This document shows, in pieces, positions 47,501 to 57,200 of a stretch of DNA of 64,000 nt. The number at the start of each line of letters is the position of its first letter. Within the stretch, counting starts at the first letter, position 1. The stretch is taken from the IMG/VR virus record IMGVR_UViG_3300030202_001399. One strand, given 5' to 3'. The notes under the pieces were generated by a model. That model did not search any database. It was not told the origin of the DNA and worked only from the letters and a program-made list of their open reading frames with translations. The position numbers and the translations under genes are program-made. The DNA is from an uncultured virus (IMG/VR IMGVR_UViG_3300030202_001399). Lineage: Duplodnaviria; Heunggongvirae; Uroviricota; Caudoviricetes.

Positions 47501-50500
47501 GGCTGAAGCAGTCACGCTTAGGTCACTAAGGCTTTCTATCTTGGCATTCAATGCAGTTGTCAATCCTGTGACTTTGCTTTGTGCGATAGCCAACAGTTTG
47601 TCATTTGCAATAGAACCAGCAAGTTGTGTATTGCTTATACCACCGGATTTCACCGTGACTGCTCCGCTACTAACGTCAAAGTCAGCACTAGCGAATGATG
47701 CAACTCCCTTGTTCGATGCAGTGGCTTCTTCTGCATCTATTGTGAGACTTCCGCCACCATCGTTGTATGTTGTAGTGATTCCCTCTCCATCAACAATCAG
47801 AGCATTTACTCTATCATCTACTCTCTCATCTGTATAGTACAGATTTGCTCCTTCTGCTACGTTTGCAGTGGTTAGAGTGATACTTCCACCTAGAGCAACA
47901 GTGCTACCATTCACTGTGACAGACGAATTAGCGAGTTTGCTGTTTGCTATACTTCCGGCTAGTTGTGCATTGGTTACTGAGATGTTACTGACATTAGTTG
48001 CGAAGTTAGCACCTGCTGTTGCACCAGTTTCTATTCCTGCTAACTTAGTATTCAAGGTAGATGTGAAGTTAACATCTGATTGACTATCGGCAGATAGAAC
48101 TCCTGTAACTGCATTGATTGTTAGATTGCTACCTACTTTTATTCCACCAAGAGTAGATGCCGAAGCATTGGCAAGATTGAAGTTATTGGCGTTTGCCTCT
48201 ATCCCATCTAACTTGCTTTTCAATGTGTTTGTGAAGTTGTTCTGTGTTAGACCACCATCACCAACGCTGTATGTTGTATCAGTGACTGTTTCTGTTGCTG
48301 ATGTTAGATTGGTTATATGACCATTTGAATCCAAGGTTATTGATTGAATGTAGGTTCTGCTTCCTGAGTTGTCAACACTGCTGGCTGCACCGGAAATGGT
48401 GGGGTGTGCGGTTAAGAAACCACTGTTAGAATTACTATAATTAGCCAAATCAGTATCTACATTTAGAGTGTCACCACTTAGGCTAATATTCGTTCCTGCC
48501 ACTAGATTAGTATCATCAGAAATATCCACTTCACCAACAGTAATCTGCTGACCATTCAGAGTTAGATAGTTCCTGCTTCCTGCTAACGTGACATTTGTTG
48601 AGTTGTCTGTTCCACTGACATCTACTTGCAGGAGACTCCTAGCAGCAGACGCTGAGAGAGTTTCAACAGAGCCAGCATTGCTACTGCTCCTACCAAGTAC
48701 AACTCCTGAGTCTACGTTCTGTATCTTGTCAAATGTAACAGCATCATCTGCTATTCTTGCGGTGGCAAACGTGCCACTCGTAATCTTGCTTGTAGCGAGG
48801 CTAGGAATACGAGCATCTGCGAATGTTCCACTGGTTATCTTGCTTGTTGCTAAGTTAGGTATGTCTGATGCTGCAAGTTGAGCAAAGACATTTGATAGGT
48901 TGATTTTCTTTAGTCCACTGCCAGTATCGTTATACATCAAGAAATCATTTGTCTTGTGTATTCCATTTTCAGTGCTTAGTTCCGTAATGTCTACGTTTAT
49001 TGTTGCTCCTGAGTTAGACAATCCTGAGCCGAAAGTCAAAGAGGCTTGTTTCCCTGCTAGGTCTGAGACTAGGTTTGTTATCTTGGATTGAGCAACGCTT
49101 CCTGCTAGTTTCGCATTAGTTACTGCGCTATCTGCTATTACAGCAGTTCCAACTGCATTGTCTGCCATCAGAGCAGCAGTGATTTGGTCATCCTGTATCA
49201 TAGCGGTTAGAATAGCATCGTCTGCAATCTTAGCGGAGGTCACAGCATCATTCGCTAGTTTAGCAGTAGTGACATCGGAATCTGCAATCTTACCAGTTGT
49301 TACACTTAGGTTTGCTAGTTGTGTAGTGCCTACTGACGCACTTTGTATCTCAGTTGCACCGACTGTATTTGCACCAATCGCAGTAGATAGCGTGACATTT
49401 CCTGAACCATCGAAAGAAACAGCACTAGCGGTCACATCGCCTGATAGTGCAAAGTTCCTAGCGTTCGCTAGAGCAGTAGCAGAGGATACAGTTCCAGTTA
49501 GATTACCAATGAATGTTCCTGCAACGAATGTCTCAGAGCCAACTGTCCATCTTCCTGCACTCTCATCCCAAACTAATGTCTTGTTAGTTTGACTACCTCT
49601 TTCCACCTCTATCCCTGCATCATCAGATGCTGCTGGTGTTCCTGTTTGGTCTGAGTTTAGAGTAATTATTCTATCTCCTATATTGACAGTATTTGAGAGT
49701 ACAGTAGTGGTAGTACCACTAACAGTCAGGTCGCCACCGATAGATAAATTTCCTACACTGATAGTATCATTTGAATCACCAAGACTAAAAGTTCCTAGAT
49801 TCACATTATGCAAAGCAGTCTTCACATTGTCTGTATCTGTAACATCTGCATTTGCTTCAATGCCTAGCATCGTCACAACATTGGCAGGACTTATTTCCTC
49901 GATGTTTCCAGCACCGGAGGAGTCTCTTCCAAGTATCCGGTTTGTAGCAGATACATTCTGCATCTTGGCGTATGTAATTGCATCATTAGCCACATCTGCT
50001 GTTGCGATTGTTCCATCTGCTATCATGGCTGATGTGACTTGTACTTCTTCGACTGTTCCAGTAGATGCCTTCCCTAAGACTCGGTTTGCTGTACCAATGT
50101 CTTGTATCTTATCATAGGTTACTGCGTCACTTGCAATCTTAGCAGTCGTCACATTTCCATCTGCAATCTTAGCAGTTGTTACGTTTGAGTCAACGATGCT
50201 TGCCGTAACAACAGCACTGGATGCTAACTTAGCCGCAGTCACTGCATCATCTGCTAAATTGCTTGTTCCTAAGTTAGATATCTCACTAGTTAAGGCTAGT
50301 GTTCCTGTGCTAGAAGGTAATGTAATAGTAGCAGAACCTTTGGTTAGTGTTCCATCATTGTTGATTCGCATTGTCTCAGAACCACTGTTGATTGCGGAGA
50401 ACTGTCGAGTTGCTTGCTCGTAAAAGACGAATTGATGTAACCTACTAGTGGAGTTGTTTGCTTCTGCGGTATCGACTTTAACCACTATCAGTGGTATGTC

Positions 50501-50896
50501 TCCTGTTGCTAGTTCTGCAACTGTGGCTGCACTAGTGGTCGCCTTTCCAGTGACAGCACCATGCCTCCATGCCAATACATTTGATGAATTAACCACTATC
50601 AAACCATACCAATCATTAGAGTTAGCAGCAATAGTAGCGACAGTAGTTGTTAGAGTAGCACCACTGACATCTACTAATTTACCATCTCTGAGGACTTTAC
50701 CTGCTGCAACTTGGAAATGTGTCCTGCTACTGGTAGTTCCTTGAGTCAAACCGAATCCGCTTATTCCTCTGTTCTCACCAGTGGCAGCGTGTAGTGCTTT
50801 GATGATTCCTGAGTGTATGTTGTCTGTTCCATCCTTCAGTTGTGTGCTAGATGGATTGGTCGCTAGTGTTGAAATTATACCCGGATTTGTTGTCAT
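44534..50896 (-). CDS. Long repeat-rich tail fibre (2120 aa)
   Basis: 'VTTAKIAD' repeats, 'LDTLNELAAALGDD', 'VGIGTTSP'; C-terminal 'FVIPHP...LQHGSLEGPE' domain. Confidence 0.85.
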   Translation of the reverse strand: MTTNPGIISTLATNPSSTQLKDGTDNIHSGIIKALHAATGENRGISGFGLTQGTTSSRTHFQVAAGKVLRDGKLVDVSGATLTTTVATIAANSNDWYGLIVVNSSNVLAWRHGAVTGKATTSAATVAELATGDIPLIVVKVDTAEANNSTSRLHQFVFYEQATRQFSAINSGSETMRINNDGTLTKGSATITLPSSTGTLALTSEISNLGTSNLADDAVTAAKLASSAVVTASIVDSNVTTAKIADGNVTTAKIASDAVTYDKIQDIGTANRVLGKASTGTVEEVQVTSAMIADGTIATADVANDAITYAKMQNVSATNRILGRDSSGAGNIEEISPANVVTMLGIEANADVTDTDNVKTALHNVNLGTFSLGDSNDTISVGNLSIGGDLTVSGTTTTVLSNTVNIGDRIITLNSDQTGTPAASDDAGIEVERGSQTNKTLVWDESAGRWTVGSETFVAGTFIGNLTGTVSSATALANARNFALSGDVTASAVSFDGSGNVTLSTAIGANTVGATEIQSASVGTTQLANLSVTTGKIADSDVTTAKLANDAVTSAKIADDAILTAMIQDDQITAALMADNAVGTAVIADSAVTNAKLAGSVAQSKITNLVSDLAGKQASLTFGSGLSNSGATINVDITELSTENGIHKTNDFLMYNDTGSGLKKINLSNVFAQLAASDIPNLATSKITSGTFADARIPSLATSKITSGTFATARIADDAVTFDKIQNVDSGVVLGRSSSNAGSVETLSASAARSLLQVDVSGTDNSTNVTLAGSRNYLTLNGQQITVGEVDISDDTNLVAGTNISLSGDTLNVDTDLANYSNSNSGFLTAHPTISGAASSVDNSGSRTYIQSITLDSNGHITNLTSATETVTDTTYSVGDGGLTQNNFTNTLKSKLDGIEANANNFNLANASASTLGGIKVGSNLTINAVTGVLSADSQSDVNFTSTLNTKLAGIETGATAGANFATNVSNISVTNAQLAGSIANSKLANSSVTVNGSTVALGGSITLTTANVAEGANLYYTDERVDDRVNALIVDGEGITTTYNDGGGSLTIDAEEATASNKGVASFASADFDVSSGAVTVKSGGISNTQLAGSIANDKLLAIAQSKVTGLTTALNAKIESLSDLSVTASAAELNILDGVTGVSAAEIGYLDGVTSAIQTQLNAKQAAGNYLTTSATIADLAGITALDTDITAVSGSHDTVPSAKAVKSYVDLVSFDANDTQYAFSVEDTGVNNTKRLKLTGTDGSFTSVNFEGSGSITVSRINERIIIDSTTQPINAVSYSGNTLTLTKTDSSTITATIPDATTSAHGLMTDDQFDKLAGIETAATADQTAAEIRTLVESASDSNVFTDADHTKLNGIAASANNYSISSDLLDEDNMASNSATKVASQQSIKAYVDAEVAGVISSAPAALDTLNELAAALGDDANFATTTSTSLGNRLRVDTNSQGLTATQQGNAITNLGITASLAEINILDDGLSASDIPSLAASKITSGTLGTARIPSLAASKITSGTFANARISEGSVTQHQSALSITESQISDLQSYLTAPRSITAGGNTLANSETLAFTAGSNISISESAGAVTIASTDTNTQLSTEQVQDIVGAMVSSNTETNISVTYDDTGGKLNFVSTDTNTQLTQEQVEDFVNGVIVAGSNISKTYDDASGTLTIASTDTNTQLTTEQVEDIVGAMVSSNTETNITVTYDDTNGKLDFSSTNTNTQLSQEQVEDFVGGMVTGNTETFISVTYEDGDGTLDFVVPVKDEDNMASNSATHLATQQSIKAYVDTEVASLVDSAPGALNTLNELAAAINDDATFSSTVTTALGNRLRVDTASQGLSGTQQSNARTNLNVDVAGTDNSTNVTLATVSNNYLSLSGQAITAGTVPLSLGGTGATSASAARTALGVDAAGTDNSTNVTLTGSGNYLSISGQAITVDPIDISDDTNLTAGTGLTLSGDTLNVDAAQSGITSVGTLSSLTVSGDMTVDTDALHVDSTNTRVGIGTTSPGFKLQVNGSFGATTKSFVIPHPTKEGKTLQHGSLEGPEHGVYHRGRLEGDVIQLPEYWTELVDEDTITVQLTPNGDFQMLFVEKIEDNQVFVANAADEGIDCFYIIHGERKDVGKMEVEY

Positions 50897-51258
50897 TAGT
50901 TACCCACCTCTACTCGTATTGTGAACGAAACCGTATCTCCACTGGCTACAACACCAGTATTCGTGAAGGTGACTCGGCTCAATAACGTGCCGTTTCCGTT
51001 TGTTGTTCCTGTGACAAAGATGCCTATTTCAGAAGCACCGGAAGGAGGAATCTGCGCTCCTGTGAAATCAACATTGTATATCAGAGTAGAACCCACTACT
51101 GTTGGGGTCTGACCAGTCTTCTGAAAGAAGAAGTTGTTCAATCCTGTTTGGCTTGCTGATGTGCTATCCCCACCATCTCCTATGGCAATAACATTGTATT
51201 GTCCCGCTATTAGTGTCGCTACTGCATTTGCTCCTTCGTTTACTACTGTCATCTTCAA
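50896..51258 (-). CDS. Small tail/baseplate protein resembling a fibre N-terminal anchor domain
   Basis: 'IAIGDG...EIGIF...LLSRVTF'. Confidence 0.6.
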   Translation of the reverse strand: MKMTVVNEGANAVATLIAGQYNVIAIGDGGDSTSASQTGLNNFFFQKTGQTPTVVGSTLIYNVDFTGAQIPPSGASEIGIFVTGTTNGNGTLLSRVTFTNTGVVASGDTVSFTIRVEVGN

Positions 51259-54200
51259 TCCTCACTTGTATAATATCCTATAACCTGTCCTGCTGTTGTC
51301 TCAAATCCTAATGTCTCACCAAATCCAAACAGGTCATCGAAGCCCATGTTGGCTGTCTCACCTGTTCCTGTGATTGTGTACTGTACTAATGTAGTCTTTA
51401 ACGATATAGAGTCGCTTATCGTTTTTCCAGTTGAAACCTGTTGTGAGTTCCTACTGAACAACGTGGAACTTGAGGCACTCTGTTGTGTGCCAATTTCAGA
51501 TAGTCTTTCTGCTATCGTCTTGTCGAATGTGCCTACTGTCATGGTTAGTGTGGGAGTTAGAACGTTCTCTATCTCAAATATGATGTAGTCATTAGGAGGA
51601 ATGTCATATTGTGGGAAGTCTAGGAAAACAATGTCTCCTGCTTCTAGTGTTTCAAGTCCTTTCTTCTCAACATTCAATGTTATTTTTCTAGCATCGGATG
51701 AGTGGAGTTCTAGAAGTTCAATTGCTTTTACCTTGGCATCTGTAATGCTTCTGATGTTAGCATCAATGAACTTAATGTGAGTTCCAGTGTCATCACTGGA
51801 AACACTTGTTTTGATTCTATCACCAATAACAGTGACTTTATTGGCCCTCGCAAAGAGAGAACTATTTTTCTTTACAGAGAAGACTCTATGACTTCGATAA
51901 GAAATTCCCTGTTTTCTCAACAAGGGTGCAGAGTTTAAGTCACGAAATACCACTTTTTTGTTATTGACACTAAAATCTAAGTTCTTCTTTCCTGCTAATT
52001 TGTTTAACATTTGGAAAGCAGATGCTTGAACAAAATTATCGGTAGAAACGAATGTTTTCTTGTTGAACTTAATTATCTCATCATTAACAAGAGGAACGAA
52101 CCATAAATCGACATCTGTATCAGTAGTATCTACATCGTTAACAGTGATAGTAGTTCCACTAGTAGAGGAAACAGAACCGATTGGATATCCTTCATGTGTG
52201 AATATTATATCACCATCTGCAATATTCTCTACTGTGGCTTTGCAAGTAATGACATTGTTGGAGACAGAACTCACGATGTTTCCAGTGAACTCTGCTTGGG
52301 TTTGAACCATATCAACATCGAGACCCGCTTCTTTTATGATACGCTCAATCTCCGTCTCTACCTCTTCACCGATAATCATACTAGTGCCAATGTGACATTT
52401 GGATATCTTGTCCAAGTTAGGCTTTCTAGACAACTCTAAGTCTATCACTTCACCAAAGGATACAACACCATTTCCAGTGAGAGTTCCTTCGTATGTCAGT
52501 TTGAACTCATCTCTCCTGATGGATGTAGGAATATCTTTACTGGTATTTGATACTGTTATTGTCTTTCTCTCTGAGTTAGTTCCATCTGTGATGAAGCAAT
52601 CAAACGTATCTCCATCTGAGTATGGTAGATTAGCGAATGACTGTGCTACCGAAGAAGGGACTATTCTCTGAGTTCCACTAGGGGCTGTATCTAAGTTCAT
52701 TAGAACATATGCACTGAATACTCCCTCATTGATGTAGTTCTTAGCATGGATTGTCTCTCCTATCGCTCCCGTTAGGAAGTTAGATGATGTCTCACTGTAA
52801 TCTAATCCAGTGGAATGAAGTCTGTTCAAAACTATCTCCTTTGGTGTGTTCTTGAATGTCGTTTCTGCTAGTCTCATTATTCGGTATCGTGGCCCTAAGC
52901 CTATTCTGAAACTGCCTGATGTTTCTTCAGTTGGTAAATTTGTATCAACTGTAATTGTATGAACTACTGAAGTAGCATTACTCTGTGTTTGATTTGTTGT
53001 GTGACTGAGTATCTTAGCAAGGTAGCCTATGTTTCCTCCTGATGACTGTAAGAAAGCATTAGGATGAATGCTACTGTATGCTGAATTTAATCCGCTTATA
53101 CTACCAAGATTAATGTCAGAAGTTTCCTCCTGTTGCCTTTCTGCAACTAGATAGTAACCAGTTAGATTGGGAACGAAGTTCAGCCAAGCGTGGTCAGATT
53201 GATTTGTGTTGCTTGTTGTGTTTAGTGTTATAGTGATAATCTTGTTAGTTGCTCCTGAGTCTATTGATACAGCAGTTGAACTCACATCCAAGACGGGTTT
53301 TATCATCATCTGCGCTCTGTATAATCCACCAGTATTACTTGCATGAGTAGTAGTCATGGCTTTGTGGTGTGTGAATGTATCTGTTGTAAGTGCATCTCCT
53401 TCCTTGTCAGACAGGAAGTATTGCGCCCCTGCATCAACAAAATTCTCATTGCTAATGAACTGTGATACTCCGGCTCTAGCATGAGTGCCTGATAATGCGA
53501 AGGCTTTCTGATTCGTATTGTCCTTGAAAATCATGGTGTTAGGAGAATGCTGGTCTAGGTCAGTACCAGCACTGTATGAACCAAACGCAGTAACTTCATC
53601 ATTAGACCCTAACAAAGCACTGGTTTGAAACATGTCTTCGGGAATACTTGGCCCTTCCTTGCTGACATGCCTTATGTTTCTGAAAACACCTATGCAGTTG
53701 TCATACACATGGTCATCTCCCTCCAACCCATAACGCTGAAGTTCATCACCTGCTGATGCATTCATATCCCCATGAACTAGCCCCGCAATAACCCTTGATG
53801 AGTTCATGTAGACTCTTGATGTTGGAGCAGTAATACCGTTGGCGGTATGCCACATAGTAGGTCTGTGATACGGGCTTTGACCACAGACATCTGAATTGAC
53901 ACTACCGATGTTGCCACTTGTTCTACTCTCAAATGGTAATGGTAGGAAGATGCTAGGAGGATTGAACTCATCTCCTCCCGAATCCTCAAGCAAGGCATAC
54001 TCAAATACGCTACCTTCGGTGCTTAGGTTTGGTCGGGCTAAATACACACTAGTAAAGTCAATTCTAGGCACATCTACTGTGTTGCCACCGACAGAGGTGG
54101 TGTGTGTCTTTTGGAATCCCTCATCATCGAACTTACCTATTTTCATTGACATTGGTTGGTAGTCCCTTATCAGATAGCATGTGGTGTTCAGGTCTGCTGT

Positions 54201-57200
54201 GCTTCCTGTCACATTCACTAGTGCTGATTGGTTTGAGCCACTCGTCATGTTCGTGATGGTGGCATTTACTACAAACACCATGTCTCCTGTATCCCTTCTG
54301 AAGAAAGCATCACCTGCCGCTAGAGAGAGTGTACCTCCACCACTGAAGGTTATCGACCTGTTACTACCACTGCTTCCTATGGTGACTGAGGGATTCTGTG
54401 TGTTGTTGAAAGTAGTATCCAGTTGTGTGAATATCTGATAGCCTGAGATATCAACAAGAGAATCGGATGGAGAGGGCAATGAGTCGGGGTCAACCGGGTT
54501 GAAGTGCCAGTCGAATGTTGCCTCTATGAGTCTCGCTATTCCAAATCTCTTAATCTGATTCGTGGTCTTGTTTGCAGATTTGATGCTAACTCTCTCAAAG
54601 TTATTGTCCCTCTTATCTGCCATCAACGTCTTTCCTGTGTATCCTGAATGAGATACCTGAGTGGATGACTTCGACCCTTCTGCCTCCACTAGACAAGCAA
54701 AGTCCTCAAAGTTCAATGTTGAGTTTCCAATATTGTTGTATCTCAATTTGGAGTATGGAAACAGGTCTCCCGTAACAAGCAACTCGTAGTTCTGTGCTTT
54801 TGGAGCGTGGTATTTTATCTTGCCAATGTCTTCCTTCCTAGCACTGTTGTCTGCTACTGCTCCCTCTCTGTTCACTATATGCTTCGGTAGTTTACTTCCT
54901 GTTGCTAGACCTGCAAAGACACTGCCAGTAGAGTATCTCAATACATAGTCATCATCAATCATATTGCTTCCCAACACAGGAGTAGTGCTTGTAGAGTAGG
55001 CAGGTTTGGAAAAGTCATAGTCTGTGTATGTTATAGTGCTGCCACTAGTTCCTAGAACAGCAACCTGCTCACCTATTCCCTGCGTAGAAGTCAAATCAGT
55101 GACTACTCCGTTTCCCTTTATCGGATATGCAACTGAGTATCCTGTTATCGCTTGAGGGAAATCAGCATTGGTGTATATTCCAGCATCCGATTTGGTTAAC
55201 GCACCTTCACTCAACTTCTGCAAGTCCCAATACCTGTATGTCTCTCTAGGAGTATAGATATCGTCTAATCCTATGAGGTCTAAAGTGCCTGTACTGCCAG
55301 TCTGTGTATCTGCTCTATGAATGAACCCACCTGAATTCACATTGTTGTTAACCAAGTAGAGTGAGCGTACATTTGTCCTACTCTCGCTTGTATTGTCTTC
55401 TAGTCTTCCCATTACAATAGGACAAATAGGGGCTATTGACATGATGAAGCCTCCATCATCCTTGGATATTGTTTCAATAACATCAAACATCTCCGAGGCA
55501 TATGTCATCTTGTTAATCTTGGTTGTCGATACTCCTGTCTCCTTTGACAACTGTATGGCGAAAGACGAGTCTGCATCCAACGTGCTTGTGTTCAGAGAGT
55601 TGATGCTTATTGGGTTGGAGATATTGTATCCTAACGTTCTGTCTTCTGCAAACGAAGCGGTATTCGATGTTGATTCTAACTTGGTTCTAGTGCCTGTTCT
55701 ATCGAACGAGAACGAGTCAGAGAAGACTAACCCCTTGTCACTCACTCTTGAAAAGTCAGTAGCAGAGTTAGTTATCAATGGGTTACTACCAATAGCCTTC
55801 TTACCTGCGAAGTATGTTGCTTCAGCATGAGGGTCATAATAATAGATGTCAGTATCTGCACTTGTTGATAGATTCACTAGAGGCTTATGAGTCAGAGTTG
55901 TAGATTGGTTGTTTCCTGCTACCGATGCTACCTCTCCAATGAAAATCATATTATCTGCTTCAGTGGTGCTTCTAGTAAACAACAGGGTTCTTGCTAAGGC
56001 AGTTGTATCCCAATCAGTTATTGAGTCATGGTTGAGAACCTTGCCACTCACACTGTTGACAACCATCGTTGCGGTATTTGTTGCGGGAACAATAGGATTC
56101 AATGTGCTGTATGCCATATCCTCAGAGAATAACAAGTTCTTGTCTATCAGGGTGTTTAGTAGGGATGCATTGCTGTCCCTTCCCTCTACAACCAATGTTG
56201 AAAGCCCATTCTCGGCATTTGTTTCAGTGAGTTCTACAATACCGTCAAACACTTCTTCTTGGAGACTATACCCATCATTGTAATAGTAGAATCTAGGAAC
56301 GCTGGTATTCTGATAGAACTTTCTACTAGCATCTTGGAACTTCACATACTCCATGTCCTTATCGATGTAGTCCACATGATTCTGATGACCACTTAGAGAT
56401 GTGAATACCACTTTACTATCAAAGAACTTAGACTGCTCTTTGGGTATGGTTGTTCCTGATATAGTTAACCTATTGCCATCAGCATAAACGACCTGTGTAT
56501 CTGAATCGAAGTTCTCTGTATTCAACACGCCAGTCCAATGAGCAATCTCCACATCTGCGTTATCGAACTCATGCACAGTTACAGCAACAGTAAAGGAAGT
56601 AGCATTGAGCGTCTTGTTCGCCTTCACAGTGACATCTTGTGTTCCTGAAGACTTGCTTTGTATTGCATTTATCACATAATAGTAGCCATCTACCTTGATG
56701 ATAGAATCACTAGCGAGTTTCGTAGAGAGGGCGTAATCGTGCGTATCTAACATATCTGTGAATCGAATCTCATTCGCACCATCTACCTTGGATGCCTTAA
56801 ATGGAAGAGGCTTGAATGATACCTTGTCACTGAAAGCCGTTTTCATTGCCTTCAATGTCTGCCCCTGTCTTATCTTGAAAGGCAACATACCTGAGTTATT
56901 CATAGCCATAGTCTTGAACATCTTGCTCATCTTATTCTGAGGACTGTTGACGATGACATCAGTAGTAAGTGGAATCACATCATTCCTGCGGGGTCTAGGG
57001 TCTGCTGTTATGTATCGTGAAGGGCCAGTGCGATTACCGTCAAGAGTCGATGATGTTGCTGATGTACTATCAGAGGTATGTCTCTTCATGTTTGGGAATG
57101 CCTTATGCCAAAGGATGGGATTAAAGTTGCCATCACCATCATCAGTTGTCCTTAGATTATCCACAAGAGTCGCATCTAGTTTCCTTCTACCGATATTAGA

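Noticed and set aside
38946..50896. Diversity-generating retroelement TR/VR pair in the fibres
   Set aside because: Repeat differences are synonymous and not adenine-specific; no reverse transcriptase in the window
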